From Octopus vulgaris (Eukaryota), in contig OX597817.1 of assembly GCA_951406725.2 (NCBI GenBank), forward strand, positions 39,370,001 to 39,434,000: DNA of 64,000 nt, read 5' to 3'. Of this stretch, positions 11,965 through 23,321 are shown piece after piece. Within the stretch, counting starts at the first letter, position 1, and every line of letters starts with the position of its first letter. Position numbers and translations under genes: made by a program. The notes beneath the pieces are model-generated. The model was not told the origin of the DNA. It searched no databases and saw nothing but the letters and a program-made list of their open reading frames with translations.

Positions 11965-12372
11965 CACTTCCGGCACAAATTTTGAAATTTTGTGGGAATG
12001 AGCAAGTCAGTTACATCGACCCTAGTGCGTAAGTGGCACATACTTTATCGACCCCGAAAAGCGAAGTCGACCTCGACAGAATTTGAACCCAGGACGTAAA
12101 GGCAGACGGAATGTCGCTAAACATTTTGCTCGGCGGGGTGACGGTCTTAAGCACAGTAATAATTGTAGAGCTGGCAGAATCGTTAGCACGCCGGGCGAAA
12201 TGCTTAGCGTTCTGAGTTCAAATTCCGCCGAGGTCGACTTTGCCTTTCATACTTTCGGGATCGATTAAATAAGTACCAGTTACGCACTGGAGTCGTTATA
12301 ATCGACTTAATCCCTTTGTCTATCCTTGTTTGTCCCCTCTATGTTTAGCCCCCTGTGGGCAATAAAGAAATA
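11965..12372. mobile_element. Two head-to-head SINE family M copies (minus 11965-12145, plus 12167-12372)
   Basis: Family M motifs in opposite orientations. Confidence 0.7.
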
Positions 12373-13775
12373 AATTATAGTAAAATATGAGTTCGCAGTT
12401 TGTGAAACCTGTAAGGTATAGATATATTGTTGACCTGGTTAAGGCAACGTCTCTCAGCTATTAAATAGGAACGAAAGAAATGGTTGGTGAAATGAGAACG
12501 CATAGGTCGGTAATTTTAATGTCGAAGACGAAATCTCTGCAACGTAATGTTGCAACGAGCTCTTGGAATGTGTCGTTATGCCAATGACGACCCTGTGATG
12601 CAACGAGCCTTTCACTGCTTATTATAAGCTCTAACGGCTTCGGTGCAGTTATAATGTGTTGCAACTGTTATTTGCAACTGCTGCTGATGTGATAGTCACA
12701 GCGATAAGGAAACGTTATAGGAATATCAAACAGGGAAGGAAGAAGAGGTGTGAACATTTTGAAGTTAATTTGTTAAGCAGACATCCAATAGCTACAAAAT
12801 GCTATTTCTACTTCACGCCTACTGACGGATTAAAGTGATAGATTAAATAAAATGCAGAAAGAGAGAGAGAGGGGGGAGGGATGGATAGAAAGATAGATAG
12901 ATTCGGTGAGCTCAGAATTGCCATTAAACGCAGTTGATACAATCATGAATAGCTTTTAGGTTAGATTCTTAGCTCATTAATTTATAGATCAGTGTAAGAA
13001 TTTTGCGTTTGAGTCCCTGCACGAAATGGTTAACTATTCGTTGTCTCCCAGCTATCCTGCTACAAAGTCTGCGTACATCAGCACTGCGTTGTGATGATCG
13101 ACGCTGTTAAAGCGTCTGATTAAAGTAAGATCTTCGTTCACTAACCCAGAAAGCTTGCAGTCACCCCGAGCTCTCACTCTCCTATATCTGTATGTCTCTC
13201 GCTGTTTCTGCCTTACTTTCTGTTTCATATACAGAGACGGAGAGAGATAGAGGGAGGAGAGAGGGGGAGAGAGGAAGTAGAGAAAGAGAAACAGGATAGA
13301 AATACCATGTTTCCCTCGAACTGGTTTCCATTATGTGACTGCGATCACGCTGGAGCAACTAAATTCAAGATAATACTCAAGTTTTATATAGATTCCAGTA
13401 CTTATTTTTGTCTGGTTCTTATTTTATTGATCGTTGAATGCCATCTATGGAAATACATACGCATATATGTAAGTACACACACACACACACACACACACCT
13501 AGATACCTCAGAAGATTACAGTAAAGTAAATGCTCGCATATGTTCCTCTCATGGGTATATTCGACATTCCTTATTTCCGTTTGTTCCACAGAGACATTGG
13601 GCATAGCCCTAACTAATTTTTAAGTAATAGTTGATCAGCCGAACGGAAAACAAATGTTTATTTTAAATGAATTAAATGACTTTGTGAAGTTTATATGTGG
13701 TTCGTTACCATGTATGTATGTATGTATGTATGTATGTATGTATGTATGTATGTATGTATGTATGTATGTATGTAT

Positions 13776-14938
13776 GGGGAGCTTTATGAAAATAGACAAA
13801 AGACGAAGGCAGGTGGAAAACAAACGAACAATTGTATTAGTATGGCGCTCAGGAAATATAAATAAAACAAGTCTTTAACGTTTCGAGCCTACGCTCTTCA
13901 ACAGAAAGATACACAGAGAGAAAAAAACACAGAAAGAAGGAGAGAAAAAAATGCGTGCAGTAGCTAACGAATCAACATGGCGATCTGATTTCGGCCAGAG
14001 GTCAAAGATCAAACATGAGACGCGAGAGCGAAATAAGGGGAGATAATAGGGTTGATAATAGGGTTGATAATAGGGTTGAAGGACCAGCTAATAGTGCGTA
14101 GGAGGGGTCTGGACGTGTGTATGTATAGGGTTGGTGTATGTATTAGTATGTATAAGGGTGTGTGGTGTGTGTGTGTGTGTGTGTGTGTATGAGAGAGTAT
14201 TAGTGCGTAGGATTGGTCTGGACGTGCGTATGTATGGGGTTGGTGTATGTATTAGTATGTATTAGTATGTATTAGTACGTATTAGTATGTATAAGTGTGT
14301 GTGTGTGTGTGTATGAGAGAGTATAAGTGCGTATGAGGGGTCTGGACGTGTGTATGTATAGGGTTGGTGTATGTATTAGTATGTATTAGTATGTATTAGT
14401 ACGTATTAGTATGTATTAGTTGGTGTATGTATTAGTATGGCACATCATATATGATGTGATGTGTAAAGTCGTGTGGTGTAGTGAGGAGAAGAGGGGGAGG
14501 GGGAGAAGGGGAGGGGAGAGAAGGGGAGGGGAAGAAGAGGGGGAAGAGGAGAGGATGGGGGAGAGAGAGGAGGGGGAGGAAGGAGGAAAGAGGGAGAGGG
14601 AGAGAGAGAAGGGGAGAGAGGGAGTGAGGCAGCAGCGGGAAGGAGGAAGAGGGAAGGAGGGAGGGAGAAAGAGGGAAGAAGGGAAGGGGAGTAGGGGTGA
14701 AAGGATGAAGGACTGAAGAAGTAGGGGTCGGGGGGAAAGGATAGGTGAGGAGGGGGAGAGGGGGGTTAGATGAGGAGGGGGGAGAGTTGAGACCAAATGG
14801 CGTATAAGAGCGAAGAGAGAAGATTAATTCCTGTTCACGGCGCAAACGGGAATCCGGATGGCCTCTGTGTAAGGACAAACCGAACACAGGTGTTGCAAGG
14901 AGTGACCGGTGGAGCGGAAATGGCGTGAGACCGGTGTG
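13776..14938 (-). mobile_element. Penelope-like element family A, 5'-truncated: GIY-YIG C-terminus, long simple-repeat 3' UTR and hammerhead-like motif (13872-13909)
   Basis: Minus-strand 14938-14780 translates as TPVSRHFRSTGHSLQHL/VFGLSLHRGHPDSRLRREQELIFSLRSYTPFGLNS, the PV..HF...HS...RE..LI..L....P.GLN end of PLE endonucleases; embedded in a (TATG)n tract. Confidence 0.8.
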
Positions 14939-14978
14939 TGTATGTATGTATGTATGTATGTATGTATGTATGTATGTA

Positions 14979-16696
14979 CACTTGCGTCAGAAATTAATTA
15001 GCACTTCTCAAATTTCTACATTTTCTTACATTTTCTTAATTTAATTAACTTATTATCAGAAACGAACCCGTTTTTAATCAAAAATTTATTAAAACATATC
15101 CCAGCATATCACATAATAGTCAATATCTTGTTGCTCCTCCTTTGGCAGCAATGACAGCTGCTACGCGGGCCGGCATGCTGTCTATGAGCGCCTGCAGGTA
15201 CTGTGCAGGGATGGCCCTGCATGCAGCAAGAAGTGCCCCAAACAGCTCGTGTCGGTTCCTGTATTGCTGCACATTCAAATCCCTACCCAATCGACTCCAG
15301 AGGTCCTCAATAGGGTTCAGGTCAGGTGACTGGCCAGGCCAGGCCAGTCCATGACCGTCACCCTATGGTCCTTGAAGAAACCGGTTGTGAGCTTGGCTGT
15401 GTGGGGAGGCGCGTTGTCCTGCTGGAGCACGTACTCCTCGCCACCAAAGAGGTATCCCGCAGAGGGTAGGGCAGCATTCCGTACTATCTCAACGTACTTT
15501 GCTGCGTTGATGTTGCCTTCGACGGCATAGAGCCGCCCAACACCACTGTAGCTGAACGCCCCCCACACCATCAGACCACCCCCACCATGCTTCATGGTGG
15601 GAGCAATGCAGTCTTTGTTGAAGCGCTCACCCCTGCGGGGTCGCACATGGACAGGCTTGTCACTGACGAGACTGAATCGCGACTCGTCAGTGAACATCAC
15701 TGTCCGCCACTGCTGCATGGTCCATGTCTTGTGGGCACGGGCCCAGAGCAGCCGCCTCTTCCGGTTTGGGGCTGTAAGGAGCGGCTTACGGGCGGCCCTA
15801 CAGGATTTTAGACCAGCTTCCAGTAATCTGGTCTTGACAGTGGTTGTAGACAACTGCTTCCCTGTCACCTTTTGCATCTCCTCCGCCAGTTGCCGGCTCG
15901 TTGCCCTTCGGTTGTTCAGCGACTTTCGGATCAGCATCCAGTCCTCTCGCTGGGTCGTCAGCCTCTTCTGTCCCCTACCCTTTTTGTCAGCTGCTGATCC
16001 GGTTTCTTCGTATTTCTTAAATAAGCACTGAATTGTGCGCCTGGCTACACCAAGTTTTCTGGCTATTGCAGCCTCCGACAGCTTCCCACGCCACGAGAGA
16101 GCCTCGTACCGTCTCTCCAAGGTCATGCGAGGTCTTAGGCCCATCTAGGAATGAACGATAAAAACCAGTTATTTTCATTAAAACTATTCATTTGAATAAT
16201 GTTATGCTATAACAAAACTACTATGAGTTATTATTCATTAAACAAAAAAGAAAGAAAGCAGAATTTCTCACTTTATTTGATGTATAACAGAAAGTTTTGT
16301 TAACCGCAAGTGATGTCACGAAGCAGAGTGTAGGAGAATTTGTGAGGAAAAAAAATCTTGCAAATACACAAATCAATTAACCTACAAGCTGTTCAAAACG
16401 TCTTACGCGATGAGAAAACTTAGTACGGTGTGATTTCGGTCCTTGCGAGGCGCTACCTATATCTATTAAACAAAGGAAGATTTGTCTGCATCCGCACTGC
16501 AAGTTGTTGTTGCACTGCTATGTCAACATCATTAGGCTGTAGACTCTCAAACCGCTCTGCAAACAAAGTTACGTCATCGTTCTGCGCAACAGTGAACTCG
16601 CAACAAAGTAATAGTTCGAGATGTGGCCACTAGGTGACAGCACATACCTTGAGTGAAGAGCAAATCAAGGGTGCTAATTAATTTCTGACGGTAGTG
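14979..16696 (-). mobile_element. Full-length Tc1-family DNA transposon (1718 bp)
   Basis: 26-bp TIRs CACTTGCGTCAGAAATTAATTAGCAC / CACTACCGTCAGAAATTAATTAGCAC (24/26), TA on both sides (14977-14978, 16697-16698), transposase inside. Confidence 0.97.
15120..16144 (-). pseudogene. Tc1 DD34E transposase with one 5-bp duplication frameshift (339 aa when repaired)
   Basis: HTH region, TDESRF, QQDNAPPH; removing one CTGGC near 15335-15345 restores MDWPGQSPDLNPIEDLW...IDSMPARVAAVIAAKGGATRY-stop; AATAAA on minus strand at 15085-15090. Confidence 0.95.
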
Positions 16697-16950
16697 TATG
16701 TATGTATGTATGTATGTATGTATGTATGTATGTATGTATGTATGTATGTATGTATGTATGTACGTATGTGTGTGTGTGCGTGTCTGTATGCGTCTATGTA
16801 TGTATGTAGGTATGTATATATGTATGCATGCATGTATGTATATATGTATACTCTTTTGCTCTTTTGCTTGTTTCAGTCATTTGACTGATGTATGTATGTA
16901 TGTATATATGTATGTATGTATGCATGTATGTATATATGTATGTATGCATG

Positions 16951-16984
<34 letters not shown>

Positions 16985-17010
16985 TGTATGTATGTATGTA
17001 TGTATGTATG
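16697..17010. repeat. (TATG)n microsatellite, host site of the Tc1 and PLE insertions
   Basis: Same tract occurs at 13711-13775 and 14939-14978. Confidence 0.9.
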
Positions 17011-17129
17011 CGCAGATATACGTGGGAAAGAGTATATTCATAATTACTGCGCGCACACGAGCCCACTTTTTCCATTCAGCCGTTTTTGATTCAGTACCGG
17101 GAGCTGCTTGTAGATCTACCTGTCACAAA

Positions 17130-17313
17130 TGCCAGTGGCTGTGTGGTAAGAAGCTTGCCGAGTTCAATCTCACATTGTTCCGGGTTCAAACTCACAGCGT
17201 GGCACCTTGGGCAAGTTTCTTCTACTATAGCTTCGGGCCGACCAAAGCCTTGTGAGTGGATTTGGAACTGAAAGAAGCTTGTCGTCTCTGACTGTCTGTC
17301 TGTCTTCTCTCTC

Positions 17314-17388
<75 letters not shown>

Positions 17389-17760
17389 TTTATTTTTGTA
17401 TTTGTGTTTGTCTCCCCACTATCACTTGACAACCGATGTTAGTGTGTTTACGTCCCTGTAACTTAGCGGCTCGGCATAAAGGTCGATAAAATAAGTACTA
17501 TGCTTACCAAGAATAAGTCCTGGGTTCGATTTTTTAAAAATAATATTTTTGTTGTTTTTGTAAAATCTCAGAAAATAATTAAAAATTCACATTTTTGTCA
17601 AATTATTTTGTTATATTTGTCTATCTATCCAACTGTAAACATTTTAAATACTTCACTCACTTTCTGTTATAACTTGGCAAAAGGGTACATATTTTGCCAA
17701 AACTCTTAAGGCGGTGCTCCAGCACAGCCGCAGTCAAATAAGTGAAACAAGTAAAAGAAT
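17130..17760 (+). mobile_element. SINE family A copy with an internal AT-rich insertion (about 17530-17705)
   Basis: Family A head, body and tail are collinear on either side of the insertion. Confidence 0.75.
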
Positions 17761-18106
17761 ATATATATAATGGGGGAATATAAGCCCTCGACGGAAAAAG
17801 TAGGCTTTCTCATCCGCGTGTGTCACGAACCCACATCCCTTTGTTAACGCGACAAAGTGTGTTACCATTACACTATTATATGTCCCAGTATTAGACTATT
17901 TTCTTTAGTCATTACACGGTGATTGCTATAAGCTTTAAGCTTGTATAAATACTATTATTATTATTTACAGGATTGTAGGATTGTACAACTCGGCACCGTA
18001 TAACAAAACCATTCGCACCGAATATATATATATGATACGCTCTCCCGTTGATTTCGACGTATGAGGCTCTGACAACGTACTCTTTTTTTGTCAGTCATAA
18101 TGCTTA

Positions 18107-18989
18107 TGTAGAACGACCGTGCTAAGGAGAGGTGACGATGAATGGCTCCTTTAGTACACCACACGGTCGATTACAATAAATACGAAAAGGATAAATGAGA
18201 ACAAGTGCCAGAAGGAAGAGAAGATTTTATTGATAGGTTAACGTGCGTCTGTGTATGCGTCATATATGCATAATAATAGACAGGCCGTCATGTATACAAA
18301 GTGTATATGTACAAACAAGGATGTGTGCGTGTGCGTTAAGTACAGAGCATTGAAAGAGTCTATAATAGGACGTAGAAGAATGTTCAGACACAAGGATGAA
18401 TAAATACCAGTTCGTAGTCAAAGTACACGATAGTTGAAGTACTGTAACAAAAAGTTGTGGCGAAGAAGCAGAACCGATTGAGGCACATGTCGTTCAGGAA
18501 GCTGTGACTACTATGCTGCTGCCGGTCACTTGATACAGGAAGTTCTCGCAGGTTGTGCTTGCTGTTAACCATGGTGAAGTAATTCACGAACAGTGAGGAG
18601 ATCGAACCTGTGGGAGTTTTGCTGGTTGCTGTGTACGTAGAGAGATGTTGTAGACGACGTTAAGATTACGGAGGCGACGAAGGAGATTGCCGTATGCAGT
18701 TGGTGTTGTCGCTGGAACTGGTTGTGTGCTATGTGATCAGTGGTTAGACCGCAGAAGGTCCAGAACCGAAAGACCTAAAACGGTGTTGAAGCTAGCATTT
18801 TATAGCAAGTTATCGGCTCACCGGAGGATTGGAAGAGACTGTCTCTCGTGACCTTATCAGAAGGCTGCGATTGGTTGCACATTGGCGTGCAGTAGAGCAA
18901 GAGACAAACTGCGCCAATACCAACCAATCAGAGTAGTGGACACAACAAGGTGCAAAAGAGCGGCCGAAGGCTAGCTGTTATCTACTACG
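18107..18989 (-). mobile_element. Putative solo LTR (CpG-rich, about 880 bp)
   Basis: Minus strand shows CCAAT boxes (18828, 18870, 18881), TATAAAA (about 18798-18804) and AATAAA (18226-18231) in LTR order; begins TGTAG; no clean TSD found. Confidence 0.45.
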
Positions 18990-19008
18990 TCCGTATTCGT
19001 GTATATAT

Positions 19009-19010
<2 letters not shown>

Positions 19011-19059
<49 letters not shown>

Positions 19060-19555
19060 TCACTAAGCGTAAGCTACACTTATGTCGAATGTGACATTTA
19101 AGTCCCGCCAACGATTTGCAAAGAAGGCCCCAGATGCTGCAAGTATGAGGATTACAGGTCAGTGCAGGTGGTAAATAAGCAGCCGCTGTTCTCCTTTGCC
19201 TTGCACCCCGAAGTCTGTTAATGGTGGTTGCAACAAAGTTTCTAATACCATTTTGACACAACGATCTCCAGTTTGTTTGTTTCAATGCTGTTCGCTCAAA
19301 GATGTGAGCTATCTTCATTTCTAAGAGGCTACTATTCAGCTTGTCTTTATATCTGAGCCATGGTCGACCAACATTCCTGTGCCCATTTTCAGCCTGGCTG
19401 TACATGAGGATTTTGGGTATTCTTTCGTCACTCATTTTGACGACATGGCCAGCCTAGAGCAATTGTAATTGCATCAGGAAGCTCTTGATTCCACCAATCT
19501 TACACTCGCTAAACAGGTCGGCGTTAGAAACTATTTTTGTGAATAACTGCAGATT
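19011..19555 (-). mobile_element. RTE-clade LINE 3' fragment with C-terminal C2H2-like zinc finger and (CT)n tail
   Basis: MSDERIPKILMYSQAENGHRNVGRPWLRYKDKL...HTCSIWGLLCKSLAGLKCHIRH resembles RTE/BovB ORF C-termini. Confidence 0.85.
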
Positions 19556-19557
19556 GT

Positions 19558-19873
19558 ATACTTGTTTCAGTCATTTGACTGCGACCATGCTGGGGCACCG
19601 CCTTTAGTCGAACAAATCGACCTCAGGACTTATTATTTGTAAGCTTAGTACTTATTCTATCGGTCTCTTTTGCCGAACCGCTAAGTTACGGGGACGTAAA
19701 CACACCAACATCGGTTGTCAAGGATGGTGGGGGGACATATACACACACACATATATATGTGGTCGGCCCGCGGCTATAATACAAGACACTTGCCCAAGAC
19801 GCTACGAGCGGGGCTGAACCCGGAACCATGTGGTTGGGAAGCAATCTTCTTACCATACAGCTACTCCTACACC
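19558..19873 (-). mobile_element. SINE family A copy with internal deletion
   Basis: Family A tail and head motifs. Confidence 0.8.
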
Positions 19874-20262
19874 TATATAAAATCTAGGCGATCACTTCAA
19901 CAGCCCTTAACGAACAATCCTAGCTAGCGAACTACTCGAATAGCAGTATAAAGGTTACTTTTTTTTTGACCGATCATAGAATGACTGGTTATATTTCGCT
20001 CAATTATTATAGGAGCAATCCGCCAATCCAAAGCATGTATATCAAAAAGGTTTATTAGAATCACCACAGAGTGAATAACAATTTTAATTGAGGAAAAACT
20101 TATGTGGGATTAACGCTACGTACGTTTCGGTGAACAAATGCCATTTACTTCATATTACACACAACAGTTATGCAACTTATAAGTTGATTGTCAAGCAAAT
20201 TATACAGGAAGAAGTGAATAAACTCTAAATATATAAATATATATATATTGTGTGTGTGTATG

Positions 20263-20295
<33 letters not shown>

Positions 20296-20317
20296 TGTGT
20301 GTGTGTGTGTGTGTGTT

Positions 20318-20348
<31 letters not shown>

Positions 20349-20364
20349 GTACGTGTACAATATA

Positions 20365-21270
20365 TAGAGGGTATTCTGGCTATATTTGACAGTTTGCGTA
20401 AAGAAAACAGAATGTCCCACCGAAAACTAAGAGTATTTTCAAAAGTGAAGAAATGTCAACTAATTTATGGCTAGGAGATAACAGTTTACTGAAATTGGCC
20501 CCCTTCAGCTTCCACCAAGACAGCTCCGAAACCTGGTGCATGCATTCCTCACTATGTCCGTGGGAAGATCTTCAAACACCTCCTTGATCTTGGCCACCAG
20601 TTCAGGCTTGATGTCTTTCTCAACTGCGCTGCACACATTGTAGTCCATGGAATTACAATCAAGGAAGTAAGAGGCCAGAGATTGGGGCTGGTGAAGTAGA
20701 AATTCTTCGACAACCACATCTGACTCTTTTCGAAGGTATGAGGAGCCGAATCCTCGTTCCTCACATATGGTTTTCCTGCAGCAACCCTCTCCAGCCAGTG
20801 TTTGACCACAGTTTCCAACAGTTTCACATATCCATCTGAATTCAGCAAAAAGCCCTATTCAAAGTTATGGAGCGGCATTACGTCACCCTCACGGGAGACA
20901 CACCATGGTTTAGTAGTCTCCGTGGTTGACCATGGCTTCGTAGTCTTCGTTGTAGCTGTCCATGTCACTTCTTATGTTCGCTCCTAACCTGTGAAACTGG
21001 ATCGGCGGAAACTGCAACTGAACCCGGTTGTTCACAATGCATTGAGCAGCAGTCATGATTCCGGCATTTTGTTACCCAGCACGAATCATCATGATACAGG
21101 TAACTCTTTCCCAATATTCAGATGGCTTCTAGTCCTCCATCTCAGCTAACGTTTTCATAAATATATCCTTAACCTTTATGTTCTACAACGCTGTTGACTC
21201 TTCAATATAACAAGTCGTACTTGAAAAGCGAGGCATAAAATACCGTCAAATTTTGCCCGAACACCCTCTG
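20365..21270 (-). mobile_element. Internally deleted Tc1/mariner element (DD37D/maT-like)
   Basis: Imperfect TIRs (T/C)AGAGGGT(A/G)TTC..GC.A.ATTTGAC; remnant peptides YVKLLETVVKHWLERVAAGKPYV..DSAPHT..KSQMWL, DCNSMDYNVCSAVE and IVRNACTRFRSCL. Confidence 0.85.
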
Positions 21271-21399
21271 TGTGTGTGTATATATATTTACACACACACA
21301 CACACACGCATCATTGCAACTGTCCAACGAACGGCGACGCCGTGGAATTCTGAGTGGCAGTTTGTAAAGATTTTTATCGATTTTAATAAAGAGTATATA

Positions 21400-22541
21400 T
21401 GAGGTGGGGCAAAATTAGGAACCGGGGTGAAACGAGTAACTTTTAATTTCTTGCTATTGTCTCCCAACCTATTTGAAATCATTGCATTGCTAGTATTGCA
21501 TCATTTAGTATTGCTGCATCATCTCTATGAGTTAAAATTGGTCAGCATAGTTGTTGTTGTTTAGTTGAGAGAGTTTGGAATATAATCAGGTGACAGGTAC
21601 ATTTTTTTCAAAAAATTTTTCCTCAGCTCTGACCCGATTGTAACTGAGATTACTAATAAAATATGTGGATAATGTTTGGTGTATAACAATCAATATTATT
21701 TTCTCTATTGGATTCCAAGTCAATTTTTCCCACACTAATTTCTAATTTGATAATTTTCAAGCTACAAAAAAAAAGTCTAAAATGGGGCAAAATGAGTAAT
21801 GTCTAATTTCAATAATTTCTTTTCTTTAACTGCAGGATATGTAAATATATCACCAACTGAGAAACTCCAGTAGATCGCGAAGAGGCTACAGAGAATGGTT
21901 TATGTTGAAGTTTTTATTTATTTATTTAGCCGAGTTTCGTTAATTTAATATCATCTCTTTTACTCTTTTACTTGTTTCAGTCATTTGACTGTGGCCATGC
22001 TGGAGCACCACCTTTGGTTGAGCAAATCAACCCCAGGACTTATTCTTTGTAAGCCTAGTACTTATTCTATCGGTCTCTTTTGCCGAGCCGCTAAGTTACG
22101 GGGACGTAAACACACCACCATCGGTTGTCAAGCGATGTTGGGGGGGGGGGACAAACAGACACACAAACATATAGACACACACACATACATATATATATAT
22201 ACATATATACGACAGGCTTCTTTCAGTTTCCGTCTACCAAATCCACTCACAAGGCTTTGGTCGGCCCGAGGCTATAGTAGAAGACACTTGCCCAAGGTGC
22301 CACATAGTGGGACTGAACCCGGAACCATGTGGTTCGTGAGCAAGCTACTTACCCCACAGCCACTCCTACGCCTGTACCATTTTCTCCTGAGCATCTTTCA
22401 TTTGACCTAGATATTTAAATTTCTTATTGCATTTCTGATCTTTCTGATGTTTAGGGATGGATACTGATGTGTATAAGTCTGTTTTCTGGAGAATTAGAGT
22501 GGAATATTTACTCATCTTGGTTTATTCATTTTGCCCCACAC
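21400..22541. mobile_element. pogo/Tigger-like non-autonomous element interrupted by a family A SINE
   Basis: Inverted termini GTGGGGCAAAAT (about 21404) and ATTTTGCCCCAC (about 22528); internal copy of the motif near 21783. Confidence 0.55.
21955..22374 (-). mobile_element. SINE family A copy, full length
   Basis: Complete head, body and (GAGTAAAA)n-type tail. Confidence 0.9.
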
Positions 22542-22600
22542 AAATTTGTCTTTTAAATGCTCAAAGACAACAGCGAGTATTTTCTGAAATTGAGATCAGA

Positions 22601-22767
22601 CAGAGCCGGCTCTAGGGTTGCTGGCGACCCGGGCAAAACTGAACTTTGGCGTGCACAAGCTGACGGTCATGGAAATTCCCTTGTCTTTGGCACACCCTCT
22701 TTGGCTCCCCCTAGCACATGGCGCCCCGGGCGACCGCCCGAGTTGCCGGTACCTTGAGCCGGCCCTG
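22601..22767. mobile_element. 167-bp GC-rich MITE (hAT-like termini)
   Basis: TIRs CAGAGCCGGCTC / GAGCCGGCCCTG (11/12), flanked by direct repeat GATCAGA (22594-22600, 22768-22774). Confidence 0.85.
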
Positions 22768-22899
22768 GATCAGATCATGTTATAATGCATTTAGAGGTCA
22801 TTTGCTTAGATGATATAATTTTTGTAAGGTAGTGAACATTTAAAAAACATATTTAGTCTCAAAGTAAAAAATGCACTAAAAACCCCTCATTGTGCTCAC

Positions 22900-23062
22900 A
22901 GGCGCAGGAGTGGTTGTGAGGTAGGTAGCTTGCTTACCAACCACATGGCTCCGGGTTCAGTCCCACTGCGTGGCACCTTGGGCAAGTGTCTTCTACTATA
23001 GCCTCGGGCCGACCAAAGCCTTGTGAGTGGATTTGGTAGACGGAAACTGAAAGAAGCCCGTC

Positions 23063-23134
<72 letters not shown>

Positions 23135-23321
23135 TTGTGTGTCTGTGTTTGTCCCCCCAACATCGCTTGACAACCGATGGTGGTGTGTTTACGTCCCCGT
23201 AACTTTACGGTTCGGCAAAAGAGACCGATAGAATAAGTACTAAGCTTACAAAGAATAAGTCCTGGGGTCGATTTGCTCGACTAAAGACAGTGAAGCAAGT
23301 AAGAGTAAAGAGTAAAAGAGT
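22900..23321 (+). mobile_element. SINE family A copy, CpG intact
   Basis: GGCGCAGGAGTGG head, CCTTGGGCAAGTG CORE-like motif, internal (AT)n(GT)n, GAGTAAAAGAG tail. Confidence 0.9.

Noticed and set aside
14480-14785. Polypurine G-rich tract with G-quadruplex or triplex potential
   Set aside because: Lies within the PLE 3' UTR simple-repeat region; no evidence of a separate function.
15587-16031. Plus-strand ORFs overlapping the transposase
   Set aside because: Antisense shadows of a GC-rich coding region.
17800-17880. tRNA-like A/B boxes on the minus strand
   Set aside because: Cloverleaf stems do not pair; probably a decayed SINE head rather than a tRNA gene.
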